A stretch of DNA of 64,000 bases, from assembly GCA_964016885.1 (NCBI GenBank), contig OZ024754.1, positions 33,790,001 through 33,854,000 of the forward strand. The letters are read 5' to 3'. The position numbers and the translations under genes were made by a program. Shown here piece by piece: positions 1 through 12,834 of the stretch (the stretch's first letter is position 1; every line of letters begins with the position of its first letter). This stretch comes from Eledone cirrhosa (taxonomy: Eukaryota). Under the pieces are notes generated by a model. It made no database searches and was not told the DNA's origin. It saw only the letters and a list, made by a program, of their open reading frames with translations.

Positions 1-240
1 CACCACCACCACCGCTACCACACAAACACACACCACCACCACACACACAAACACACACCACCACACACCACCACCACCACACACACAAACACACACCACC
101 ACCACACACACACCACAACCACATACACCACCACCACCACACACACACCACCACTCACACACACACACCACCACCACCACCACACACACCACCACATACA
201 CCACCACCACCACCACACACACACTCACACACACACCACA
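1..240. repeat. (CAC)n/(CA)n simple repeat
   Basis: Visible low-complexity tract. Confidence 0.95.
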
Positions 241-279
241 TCACTTTATTGTATTGTTTTTTTCTTGTTGACATTTCTT

Positions 280-1665
280 GGGTGTGTCTGTATGTGTATT
301 TGTCTGTATGTGTGCATGTATGCATGTGTGTGTTTGTATGTGTGTGTGTAGTGTGTGTGCATATGTCTGTATGTGTGCATGTGTCTGTATGTGTGTGTCT
401 GTGTGTGTGTGTGTATGTGCATGTGTCTGTATGTGTGTGTGTGTGTGTGTCTGTATGTGTGTATGTATGTGCATATGTGTTAGTCTGAGTATGTGTATGT
501 GTTTGTCTGTGTGTGTGTGTGTGTGTGTGCATGTGTCTGTATGTGTGCGTGTTTCTGTATGTGTGTGTGTATGTGTTAGTCTGAGTGTGTGTATGTGTGT
601 GTATGTGTGTGTATGTGTTAGTCTGAGTGTGTGTATGTATGTGTATGTGTGTGTGTGTGTTAGTCTGAGTGTGTGTATGTATGTGTATGTGTGTGTATGT
701 GTGTGTATGTGTGTGTATGTGTTAGTCTGAGTGTGTGTATGTATGTGTATGTGTGTGTGTGTGTTAGTCTGAGTGTGTGTATGTATGTGTATGTGTGTGT
801 ATGTGTTAGTCTGAGTGTGTGTATGTATGCGTATGTGTGTTAGTCTGAGTGTGTGTATATATGTGCGTGTGTTAGTCTGAGTGTGTGTATGTGTCTGTGT
901 GTGTGTGTGTGTGTTAGTCTGAGTGTGTGTATGTATGTGTATGTGTGTGTGTGTGTTAGTCTGAGTGTGTGTATGTATGTGTATATGTGTATATGTGTAT
1001 GTGTGTTAGTCTGAGTGTGTGTATATATGTGCGTGTGTTAGTCTGAGTGTGTGTATGTGTCTGTGTGTGTGTGTGTGTGTTAGTCTGAGTGTGTGTATGT
1101 ATGTGTATGTGTGTGTGTGTGTGTTAGTCTGAGTGTGTGTATGTATGTGTATGTGTGTGTGTGTGTTAGTCTGAGTGTGTGTATGTATGTGTATGTGTGT
1201 GTGTGTGTTAGTCTGAGTGTGTGTATGTATGTGTATGTGTGTGTGTGTTAGTCTGAGTGTGTGTATGTATGTGTATATGTGTATATGTGTATGTGTGTTA
1301 GTCTGAGTGTGTGTATATATGTGCGTGTGTTAGTCTGAGTGTGTGTATGTGTCTGTGTGTGTGTGTGTGTGTTAGTCTGAGTGTGTGTATGTATGTGTAT
1401 GTGTGTGTGTGTGTGTGTTAGTCTGAGTGTGTGTATGTATGTGTATGTGTGTGTGTGTGTTAGTCTGAGTGTGTGTATGTATGTGTATGTGTGTGTATGT
1501 GTTAGTCTGAGTGTGTGTATGTATGTGTATGTGTGTGTATGTGTTAGTCTGAGTGTGTGTATGTATGTGTATATGTGTATATGTGTATGTGTGTTAGTCT
1601 GAGTGTGTGTATATATGTGTGTGTGTGTTAGTCTGAGTGTGTGTATGTGTCTGTGTGTGTGTGTA
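280..1665. repeat. (TG)n/(TATG)n compound microsatellite punctuated by a recurring GTTAGTCTGA anchor
   Basis: GTTAGTCTGAG recurs every ~30-60 bp between about 479 and 1640. Confidence 0.95.
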
Positions 1666-1794
1666 ACCCATGACAACATGGAACAGTAAATAATGTTGAC
1701 ACTACACACACAGGTATGTCTTCTATCTACTTCAATATTGTTACCTTTACACAACACCATCTTATGCTTACACTTTATATCTAACATCTTAGCC

Positions 1795-3655
1795 TCCTCC
1801 TCCTCCTTCAGTTTCTTCTTCTTCTTCCTCTTTTTCTTATTCTTCTCCTTCTCGTTCTTCTTCTTCTCCTCCTTCATTTTCTTTCTCTTCTTTTTCTTCT
1901 TCTTATTATTATTATTATTATTTTCTTCGTCTTCTTCTTCTCCTCCTCCTCCTTATTCTTCTTTTCAAATAAGATTGTGTCAACACCACCACCACCACAA
2001 CCACCATCACAACCACCACCACAACAACCACCACCACCACCACCACCACCACCACAACCACCACCAACACAACCACCACAGCCATCACCACCACAACCAC
2101 CACCACACCACACCACCACCACCACCACAACCACCACCAACACAACCACCACAACCATCACCACCACAACCACCACCACACCACCACCACCAAAACAACC
2201 ATCACCACCACCACCACTACCACCACCACCACCACCATCACTACCACCACAACCACCACCACACCCACCACCACTACCACCACCACCACCACCACCATCA
2301 CCACCACAACCACCACAACCACCACAACCATCACCACCACTATCACCACCACCACCACAACCACCACCACCACCACAACCACCATCACCACCACCACCAC
2401 CACCACAACCACCACCACCACCACCACCACCACCACTACCACCACAACTACCACCACTATCACAACCATCACCACCACTATCACCACCACCACCACCACA
2501 ACCACTATCATCACCACCACCACCACTACCACAACCACCACAACCACCACCACCACCACCACAACCACCACCATCACCACCACTATCATCACCACCACAA
2601 CCACCACCACCACCACCACCACCACCACCATCACCACCACTATCATCACCACCACCACCACCACCACCATCACCATCACCACCACTATCATCACCACCAC
2701 CACTATCATCACCACCACCACCACCACCACCACAACCACCACCACCACCACCATCACCACTACTATCATCACCACCACCACCACCACTATCCTCACCACC
2801 ACCACCACTATCATCACCACCACCACCACCACAACCACCACCACCACCACCACCACCACCATCACCACCACTATCATCACCACCACCACTATCATCACCA
2901 CCACCACCACTATCATCACCACCACCACCACCACCACCACCACCACCACCACAACCACCACCACCACCATCACCACCACAACCACCACCACCACCACCAC
3001 CACCACAACCACCACCACCATCACCACCACTATCATCACCACCACCACCACCACCACAACCACCACCACCACCACCACCACCATCACCACCACCACCACC
3101 ACCACAACCACCACCACCACCACCACCACCACCATCACCACCACCACCACAACCATCACAACCACCACCACCACCACCATCACCACCACAACCACCACAA
3201 CCACCACCACCACCACCACTATCCTCACCACCACAACCACCACCACCACCACCACCACCACCACCACCACCACCACCACCATCACCACCACTATCACCAC
3301 CACCATCACCACCACTATCATCACCACTATCATCACCACCACCACCACCACCACCACCACAACCACCACAACCACCACCACCACCATCACCACCACCACA
3401 ACCACCACAACCACCACCACCACCACCACCACCACAACCACCACCACCATCACCACCACTATCATCACCACCACCACCACCACCACAACCACCACCACCA
3501 CCACCACCACCATCACCACCACCACCACCACCACCACCACCATCACCACCACCACCACAACCACCACAACCACCACCACCACCATCACCACCACAACCAC
3601 CACAACCACCACAACCACCACCACCACCACCACTATCCTCACCACCACCACCACT
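1795..3655. repeat. (TTC)n followed by a ~1.7 kb (CAC/CAT/CAA)n trinucleotide array
   Basis: Direct inspection; this tract explains the poly-His, poly-Pro and poly-Val ORFs. Confidence 0.95.
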
Positions 3656-4125
3656 AACACTTCATCCTTCCAGCCTTTCACTCAATTGATCCAGATTTAC
3701 ACCAGAAACAACACAGAACAACAGGCGATTTGTTAGAAAGTAAATATTACATTGTCATTAATGAAACAACTGACCCCTTTCTCTCCTTCCCGCTATAATG
3801 TCTACAGCACAGTGAGAACTACTTTAATGATCAATCCTTATATAAATACAACTGGTTGTTGTTTAGCCCTAGGTCAGCTCAGATCAAACACACATGATCA
3901 AAAAAGATGACAGACCCTCCTTATATTTCAACGAAGGACGCTGAGTCCTTTTGATCAACTGATTGTCCTGATCATAAATTAATATGATAATAATAATTGT
4001 TTCTACTTTTAGCACAAGGCCAGCAATTACCCAGTGCATTACTGGTACTTTATTTTATCGACCCCGTAAGGATGAAAGGCAAAGTTAACCTCGGCGGGAT
4101 TTATGATAATAAATTAATATGATAA

Positions 4126-5130
4126 TAATAATGATAATGAAATTATTGTGTACAGTGCTCAGGTGCACTACAACTTATCAAAGGTGCATGTATAGTACAT
4201 AGAATAATGTGCAAATGTCAGGAAAATGAACAGTGTACTAGTCATGAAATACATGCCGTGTAGGTAACACGGTAAAAACCTCCCAGTCCACACTGTAAAC
4301 GTGGTTGGTGTTAGGAAGGGCATCCAGCCGTAGAAAACCAGCCAGACAGTCCTATACGAGCAGGACAACAAATCTTGCCTCAAGTGGGAAACCTCCCGTC
4401 CAAACCCATGCAAGCGTGGAAGATGGACGTTAAACGATGATGATGATGATGATGTGTGTGTGTATGGAGGGGGGACATCAGGTATAGTGTTGGCGAATTT
4501 CAGGAAGCATGGAGGTTTTAAAGGTTGCAGTGTCTCGACAGCTAACAACTGATGCAGGTAGTTTTTTCCATGGAGGTTTTAAAGGATGCAGTGTCTCGAC
4601 AGCTAACAACTGATGCAGGTAGTTTTTTCCATGGAGGTTTTAAAGGATGCAGTGTCTCGACAGCTAACAACTGATGCAGGTAGTTTTTTCCATGGAGGTT
4701 TTAAAGGATGCAGTGTCTCGGCAGCTAACAACTGATGCAGGTAGTTTTTTCCATGGAGGTTTTAAAGGATGCAGTGTCTCGACAGCTAACAACTGATGCA
4801 GGTAGTTTTTTCCATGGAGGTTTTAAAGGATGCAGTGTCTCGACAGCTAACAACTGATGCAGGTAGTTTTTTCCATGGAGGTTTTAAAGGATGCAGTGTC
4901 TCGGCAGCTAACAACTGATGCAGGTAGTTTTTTCCATGGAGGTTTTAAAGGATGCAGTGTCTCAGCAGCTAACAACTGATGAAGGTAGTTTGTTCCATGC
5001 TTCAGCAACTCTGAGCGTGAAAAAATGTTTCCCGAAAGTCATGGGAGCTGTGCTGTTTTCTGACTTTGTTGGCATGCCCACGTGTGTTAGACACATGGAA
5101 TTCAAAAAGGTGCTCAGGTTGTTGTTAATT
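4126..5130 (-). mobile_element. CR1-clade LINE 3' end, interrupted by a SINE-tail fragment (~4260-4455) and an internal tandem array
   Basis: Minus strand reads ...SNTRGHANKVRKQHSSHDF / KHFFTLRVAEAWNKLP.SVVSC.DTASFKTSM, the TRGH...FF..RV...WN.LP ORF2 C-terminus of CR1-type LINEs. It ends in an (ATT)n tail at ~4126. Confidence 0.8.
4508..4998. repeat. 61-bp tandem repeat, 8 copies, derived from CR1 ORF2
   Basis: Unit CATGGAGGTTTTAAAGGATGCAGTGTCTCGACAGCTAACAACTGATGCAGGTAGTTTTTTC starts at 4508, 4569 ... 4935. Confidence 0.95.
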
Positions 5131-5969
5131 AAGGAAAAATGACCCCTTTATTGCCAAATTTATTAGCAATACAAAAATAAAAACACACTGCTCCATTATG
5201 AGACCTCACATTAGCTTATTATCCTTATTTCTTGCAGAATCCCTAGCAACGACTTGTGGAGCCCTAGGATTTCAGGGAACACCTGTTAAGAAGAGCTGGA
5301 TTATTTTTTTCAAATAATCAAGAATAATTTTTTCATTATTAAGCTAGCGTTTGGAACATAACTTAACAAAGGTTCTTACGCAAAATTATAATGGCTTTGT
5401 ATCATAGAACTTGGGGTGGTTCCATATCTAAAGGATTGATACAATAGGATATGGAGTGAAGGAAGAATTTGGCTGCTAAAAAGTCAAAATCCAAAATCCA
5501 GGGTCTTCTTACTCCTGTTGAGGGAACCCCACCCTAGTTGACTTCCACTGCTTCCTATCTCTGGCCATACTGGACCATGCAGGCCCGAGGTATCGGGTCA
5601 AATCATTGCGCCATCTTGCTTTTGGCTTCTCTTTGTGTCTTCTCTATTGCCTTGGTGTCCACTTTGTCACTCTGATACTCCACCTGTTGTCTCTGAAATG
5701 CCAGCAGCCCATCTATATTTGCCCTTCTTGATGGTCTTAAGTTCTTCATGCCAGTGTGCTGTCATATCCAAATGTTACTCTTCCTGTCCTCTAAGGCAGG
5801 GGCAGTGGAACTGGGGTGTCCAGGGGAGGCCATGCCCCCAGCCCCCAATAATTATATTTTTCACCCAAAACTACCAAAACATACATTTATTTGTATATGA
5901 GCTACAGTTTATATACATGTTATATTTATCACATATCGAAGTTTTTTTTTTTATATCTTGGTTGATATT

Positions 5970-6162
5970 TGATAATTGTTTCTACTTTAGGCACAAGGCC
6001 AGCAATTACCCAGTACATTACTGGTACTTTATTTTATCGACCCCGTAAGGATGAAAGGCAAAGTTAACCTCAGCGGGATTTGAACTCAGACTGTAAAGGG
6101 ACGTAACTATGCTAGAAAGCATGGTGTCCAACCCTCTACCGATACTGCCAATTCACCGCCCT
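5970..6162 (-). mobile_element. tRNA-derived SINE with Meta-like central domain (family A)
   Basis: A/B boxes (TGGCAGTATCGG; GAGTTCAAATCC), central GCCTTTCATCCTTACGGGGTCGATAAAATAAAGTACCA and tail GGCCTTGTGCCTAAAGTAGA. Related copies at ~3990-4100, 37505-37705 and 41150-41345 (-), and ~47710-48000, 51335-51550, 52185-52340, 53985-54140, 55950-56575 and 57970-58047 (+). Confidence 0.8.
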
Positions 6163-6243
6163 TGGTTGATATTTGATAATATCAGCTAAACTAATCACTA
6201 CAACTAAATTGACCAAATTTGTCCCAACCACCCCCTTCAGAAA

Positions 6244-7298
6244 TGCTTGTGGCTTCTAAAGCACTAATAGGGACACAGCCTCAGAGGTGGCCAGCAAATC
6301 GGGATAGGAGAGCTTGTGTCCCCTGTTATTAGTGACTGCTTGTGGCTTCCAGAGCATTAATAGGGACACAGCCTCAGAGGTGGCACGATGGCAGTGGCCA
6401 GCAGATCGGGATAGGAGAGCTTGTGTCCCCTGTTATTAGTGACTGCTTGTGGCTTCCAGAGCATTAATAGGGACACAGCCTCAGAGGTGGCACGATGGCA
6501 GTGGCCAGCAAATCGGGATAGGAGAGCTTGTGTCCCCTGTTATTAGTGACTGCTTGTGGCTTCCAGAGCATTAATAGGGACACAGCCTCAGAGGTGGCAC
6601 GATGGCAGTGGCCAGCAAATCGGGATAGGAGAGCTTGTGTCCCCTGTTATTAGTGACTGCTTGTGGCTTCCAGAGCATTAATAGGGACACAGCCTCAGAG
6701 GTGGCACGATGGCAGTGGCCAGCAAATCGGGATAGGAGAGCTTGTGTCCCCTGTTATTAGTGACTGCTTGTGGCTTCCAGAGCATTAATAGGGACACAGC
6801 CTCAGAGGTGGCACGATGGCAGTGGCCAGCAAATCGGGATAGGAGAGCTTGTGTACCCTGTTATTAGTGACTGCTTGTGGCTTCCAGAGCATTAATAGGG
6901 ACACAGCCTCAGAGGTGGCACGATGGCAGTGGCCAGCAAATCGGGATAGGAGAGCTTGTGTCCCCTGTTATTAGTGACTGCTTGTGGCTTCCAGAGCATT
7001 AATAGGGACACAGCCTCAGAGGTGGCACGATGGCAGTGGCCAGCAGATCGGGATAGGAGAGCTTGTGTCCCCTGTTATTAGTGACTGCTTGTGGCTTCCA
7101 GAGCATTAATAGGGACACAGCCTCAGAGGTGGCACGATGGCAGTGGCCAGCAAATCGGGATAGGAGAGCTTGTGTCCCCTGTTATTAGTGACTGCTTGTG
7201 GCTTCCAGAGCATTAATAGGGACACAGCCTCAGAGGTGGCACGATGGCAGTGGCCAGCAAATCGGGATAGGAGAGCTTGTGTCCCCTGTTATTAGTGA
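6244..7298. repeat. 107-bp tandem repeat, 10 copies (first copy 14 bp shorter)
   Basis: Near-identical units start at 6337, 6444, 6551 ... 7193. Confidence 0.95.
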
Positions 7299-7469
7299 AT
7301 TCTCCGCATGATTTGCTGCTATATCTAGCAAATCAAACGACTATTTACAGGCTGCTGGTTCTATCAATAAATGGTCAGTGTGGAAAGAAACAGCTGCAAC
7401 TGGCACACAGTAAATATAATATCATTTTGGTATATTTAACAACTTTCAAGCTGTTCAAACACAGCCCAC

Positions 7470-7580
7470 TCACACACACACAAACAGCTACACACACACA
7501 CTCACACACACACACACACACAGCTACACAGCTACATACAGCCACACACACACACATATATGTGTACATATATATATGTG

Positions 7581-7612
<32 letters not shown>

Positions 7613-7635
7613 TATATACATATATGTATATATTG

Positions 7636-7707
<72 letters not shown>

Positions 7708-7776
7708 TATACATATATGTATATATTGTGTGTGTGTATGTATATATATATATATACATATATATATACATATATG

Positions 7777-7830
<54 letters not shown>

Positions 7831-7903
7831 TGTATGTAAAAGGTAAACAGAAATAACAACACAATCAGTACAGTATATGGAAGAAATATGTTAGGTTAAT
7901 GCT

Positions 7904-7950
<47 letters not shown>

Positions 7951-8002
7951 CAGCAGACAGAGAGAGATATATGTATATATGCATATATACATACACACAC
8001 AC
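7470..8002. repeat. (CA)n/(TA)n microsatellites
   Basis: Direct inspection. Confidence 0.9.
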
Positions 8003-8162
8003 ATCATCATCATCATCATCGTTTAACATCTATTTTCCACTCTAGCATGGATTAGACGGGTGTCTCCGATTTAGAGGCAAGCTGATTTGGGTAACCGTGT
8101 CTCGCTCGTATAGGACTGCTTCTGGCTGGTTTTCTACGGATCGATGCCCTTCCTAGTGGCAA

Positions 8163-10190
8163 CCACATTTACAGTGTGCTAGGTGCTTTTTGCTGTGTCT
8201 TTTACATAACCACTTTACAGTGTGGGCTGGGTGCTTTTTGTTGTAACACCTACACGACCTCTTTACAGTATGGACTGGGTGCTTTTTGTTGTAACACCTA
8301 CACGACTTCTTTACAGTGTGGGCTGGGTGCTTTTTGTTGTAACACCTACACGACCTCTTTACAGTGTGGACTGGGTACTTTTTGTCATGACACCAACATG
8401 ACCACTTTACAGTGTGGACTGGGTGCTTTTTGTTGTAACACCTACACGACCTCTTTACAGTGTGGGCTGGGTGCTTTTTGTCATGACACCTACACGACCA
8501 CTTTACAGTGTGGGCTGGGTGCTTTTTGTCATGACACCTACACGACCACTTTACAGTGTGGGCTGGGTGCTTTTTGTTGTAACACCTACACGACCTCTTT
8601 ACAGTGTGGGCTGGGTGCTTTTTGTTGTAACACCTACACGACCTCTTTACAGTGTGGGCTGGGTGCTTTTTGTCATGACACCTACACGACCACTTTACAG
8701 TGTGGGCTGGGTGCTTTTTGTTGTAACACCTACACGACCTCTTTACAGTGTGGGCTGGGTGCTTTTTGTCATGACACCTACACGACCTCTTTACAGTGTG
8801 GGCTGGGTGCTTTTTGTCATGACACCTACACGACCACTTTACAGTGTGGGCTGGGCGCTTTTTGTCATGACACCTACACGACCACTTTACAGTGTGGGCT
8901 GGGTGCTTTTTGTCATGACACCTACACGACCTCTTTACAGTGTGGGCTGGGTGCTTTTCGTCATGACACCTACACGACCACTTTACAGTGTGGGCTGGGT
9001 GCTTTTTGTCATGACACCTACACGACCTCTTTACAGTGTGGGCTGGATGCTTTTTGTCATGACACCTACACGACCACTTTACAGTGTGGGCTGGGTGCTT
9101 TTTGTCATGACACCTACACGACCACTTTACAGTGTGGGCTGGGTGCTTTTCGTCATGACACCTACACGACCACTTTACAGTGTGGGCTGGGTGCTTTTTG
9201 TCATGACACCTACACGACCACTTTACAGTGTGGGCTGGGTGCTTTTTGTCATGACACCTACACGACCTCTTTACAGTGTGGGCTGGATGCTTTTTGTCAT
9301 GACACCTACACGACCACTTTACAGTGTGGACTGGGTGCTTTTTGTCATGACACCTACACGACCTCTTTACAGTGTGGGTTGGGTGCTTTTTGTCATGACA
9401 CCTACACGACCTCTTTACAGTGTGGGTTGGGTGCTTTTTGTCATGACACCTACACGACCTCTTTACAGTGTGGACTGGGTGCTTTTTGTCATGACACCTA
9501 CACGACCTCTTTACAGTGTGGGTTGGGTGCTTTTTGTCATGACACCTACACGACCTCTTTACAGTGTGGACTGGGTGCTTTTTGTCATGACACCTACACG
9601 ACCTCTTTACAGTGTGGGTTGGGTGCTTTTTGTCATGACACCTACACGACCTCTTTACAGTGTGGGTTGGGTGCTTTTTGTCATGACACCTACACGACCT
9701 CTTTACAGTGTGGACTGGATGCTTTTTGTCATGACACCTACACGACCTCTTTACAGTGTGGACTGGATGCTTTTTGTCATGACACCTACACGACCTCTTT
9801 ACAGTGTGGGTTGGGTGCTTTTTGTCATGACACCTACACGACCTCTTTACAGTGTGGGCTGGGTGCTTTTTGTCATGACACCTACACGACCTCTTTACAG
9901 TGTGGGTTGGGTGCTTTTTGTCATGACACCTACACGACCTCTTTACAGTGTGGACTGGGTGCTTTTTGTCATGACACCTACACGACCTCTTTACAGTGTG
10001 GGTTGGGTGCTTTTTGTCATGACACCTACACGACCTCTTTACAGTGTGGGTTGGGTGCTTTTTGTCATGACACCTACACGACCTCTTTACAGTGTGGACT
10101 GGGTGCTTTTTGTCATGACACCTACACGACCTCTTTACAGTGTGGGTTGGGTGCTTTTTGTCATGACACCATCATGGTCACTTTAAAGCA
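8163..10190. repeat. 48-bp minisatellite, ~42 copies, in the 3' region of an RTE element
   Basis: Unit CCACTTTACAGTGTGGGCTGGGTGCTTTTTGTCATGACACCTACACGA and variants. It lies between the RTE ORF end (~10205) and the GGAAGGGCATC...(GAT)n tail (8003-8162). Confidence 0.95.
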
Positions 10191-10204
10191 TGAGCTGGGG
10201 GCGG

Positions 10205-11990
10205 TTCAATGGATGCATTTACTTTGGCCTGTCCTCCTGGGGGTGTATGAGAGTGTGGGTTGGGTTGGGGCATACTGTATATATGCTTGAGCTTGTGCTC
10301 ATGGGAAGTCGGGTCTTCTGTATTATTGCGTATCGCCAGAGATCCTGGTCATGTGTCATCTCCTCTGAGAGGTGCAAGTGGGCAAAGTCAGCTTTTATCA
10401 CCTCATCCCAAGTCTTCCTGGGTCTCCCCACTCCGAAGCTTCCATCTACTTTGAGTGCTCTGCACTTTTTTATGCAGCTGCCATCCTTCATATGTATCAC
10501 ATGTCCATACCAACACAATCTCTTCTCCTGCACACAGCATTTGATTCCTCTTGTGCCTAGTTTCTCTCTCAATTCATTTATGCTTCGCCGTTCTCATATA
10601 TTACTATTACACATCCATCGGAGCATGCAGGCTTCATTTCTTTCCTATCTACACAAGTCTACTGCACACAGCACCCAGGTCTCATTACCATGCAACATAG
10701 CTGTACATATGCACACATCATACAGTCTGCCTTTCATTCTGAGGGAAAAACCTTTTGTAGCTAGCAGTAGTAGTAGCTCCCTGAACTTCCTCCATCCCAT
10801 TCTTACTCTGGCTACTGTACTTTCAGAAAACCCACCACCACTGCTAATTTGGTCACCTAAGTTGCAGAAGCAGTCTACTGTTTCTACAGAGCCCTCCCAG
10901 AATTTGGTAGCACTTGTTTCCTATAGTCGTTTGCTACATACCGTTCCAGTGCAACTGCTACATGTAAAGCCTACATTCTCAGCTAAACTTCCTGAAATCC
11001 CACTACATCTCTTGTGCACCCATAGTTTGCATATGGGGCAGAGGATGGAGTTTCTACCTACGCCTTTCATACATACTGGACAAGGCCATTTCCTCGAGGG
11101 AATCTGGGTTCTGTTTTCTTTTTTAATTATTAGGCCCTTAGTCTTTGTCAGGTTGACTTTAAGACCCCTTCTTTCTAGGCCCTGCCTCCATGTTTGGAAT
11201 TTCTTCTCTTGTTCCGTCATAGATTCAGCTATGAGCATAAGATCATCTGTGTACAGAAGTTTCCATGGGCAGCAGGTCTTAAACTCCTCCATTATAGCCT
11301 GCAAAATGATAATAAACAGGTGAGGGCTAAGAACTGAGCTCTGATTGACACCGACTTGCACGCTAAATTCCTCGCTATAGTCATTGTTAATCCTGACTTT
11401 GCTGACTGCTCCCCTATACATGGCTTGTACAGCCTTCACAAGCCACTCATCTACTCCTAGTTTTCTGAGAGCCCACCAAATGATGCGATGGGGCACTCTG
11501 TCGAAAGCTTTCTCCAGATCAACAAATGCCAGGTAGATAGGCTTACTTTTAACTAGGTACTTTTCCTTTAACTCTCTCACAAGGAAGCAGGCATCAGTGG
11601 TGCTTTTACCTGGCACAAATCCAAACAGCATCTCATCTAGATTTACCCTGTCCCTAATCAACTGTGCTATGACTTTTTCTGTTACTTTCTTTACCTAGTC
11701 CATCAGTTTTATGCCTCTATAGTTACCTCTATCTAGTGCATCTCCTTTACCCTTATAGCAATTGGCAATGATGCTGCTGCTCCAATCATTTGGTATAACG
11801 CCATTTAGTATTACTTTGTTTACGATACGTGTGGTTATGGTGTTTCCTGTTGACCCAGATGCTTTCAGCATCTCAGCAACTATTCCTGATGTACCGGCTG
11901 TTTTCCCAGCTTTCATATCCTTAATTGCCTTACTAACTACACTGCTACTGACTTGTACTGCTGGGTATGGCTCTTCCACGCATCTTTCTT
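10205..11990 (-). mobile_element. RTE-clade LINE, 5'-truncated and decayed (RT, PHD finger, C-terminal region)
   Basis: YKGKGD..DRGNYRGIKL, FGFVPGKST, FVDLEKAFDRVP, GVNQSSVLSP, LLYTDDL, RLCWYGHV, GRPRKTW; contains stops and frameshifts. Confidence 0.92.
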
Positions 11991-12012
11991 CTCAGCACCT
12001 TTATCATATATA

Positions 12013-12604
12013 CTAGCCAAATTACCTGTGCCTTGGTGCATTTCACACATTTTTTTTGTAAGAAAATGATGATTGATTTTAAATCAGTGATATAATTTAT
12101 GGAGAAAAAATAAAGAGAAAATGTTAAAAAAGTAGAGGCATTAACTAATAATTTTTGTTGTCATAATTCTAGTGATATTTTGCCATAGATAAAATGTCTA
12201 AATTAGCCAAATTTTACTATAAAAGAGAGGTGCTTTTTTTGTTGATTTACATTTAATTAATGGAAAAACCCTGTGATAATACTCAAGTTATGGGCTTCCA
12301 AAATGTTCACTATAGGGGGTTTAACCCCCATTAGGATGTCTTAATATTATTGAAATTTGCTGAAATTTTGTGAATAGGCATCATATCTTGTCATTTACCT
12401 ATGGTTTAAATTTCATATAAATCGAAAGGAAAAAACTTTAAGCAGAAACCCTTTGATTAAAATGAAATATACTTATCCAAGTGCCCTGGGCAATGTAGTT
12501 TCAGAATATATATAGTTATGGGGGTCTATCTCCAAAACTATAGGAGGAGTTTGTGAACAAACAAACAAACAAACAGACAGGAACTACAACTTTATATATA
12601 TAGA
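12013..12604 (-). mobile_element. non-autonomous Helitron-like element (Lep1/DINE-like architecture)
   Basis: On the minus strand it starts A|TCTATATATATAAAG, carries a (TTTG/CTGT)n tract near the 5' end and ends CTAG|T, which fits Helitron 5'-TC...CTAG-3' at an AT site. The 3' hairpin is degenerate. Confidence 0.6.
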
Positions 12605-12834
12605 TATATAATAAATAATAGCAGATACATGTATACATACAGATAAATATATAGATACATCTATAAAAATGTCCATCAATTACAACCAAATTTTGCTCAT
12701 TAATCAATTAGTCAGAACATTATAAAATTAATATTGAGTAAAGTAAAGTAATTAATCAAAAATATTACCTCAAAATACTATATACATTATTAATGGACAT
12801 GAGAATGAGTACTCAATACCAAAGTAGAGTTTAA

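Noticed and set aside
479-1640. CRISPR-like pattern of a constant anchor with variable spacers (also 17751-18365 and 23644-24327)
   Set aside because: The spacers are microsatellite, the context is eukaryotic and there are no cas genes.
1693-3689. 654-aa poly-His, 570-aa extensin-like poly-Pro and 507-aa poly-Val ORFs
   Set aside because: Stop-free frames of a (CAC)n microsatellite, open on both strands; no domain or splice evidence.
4975-4990. CTGATGA hits at 4976, 23082 (-), 33103 (-) and 35550 (-)
   Set aside because: No stem II-GAAA-stem III geometry; chance matches, mostly within CR1 or SINE sequence.
8176-10290. 704-aa Cys-rich and 590-aa repeat proteins
   Set aside because: A 48-bp unit equals 16 codons, so frames stay open by chance; the unit is a retroposon module and the starts are not ATG.
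10190-11323. 377-aa plus-strand ORF
   Set aside because: Antisense shadow of the RTE ORF.
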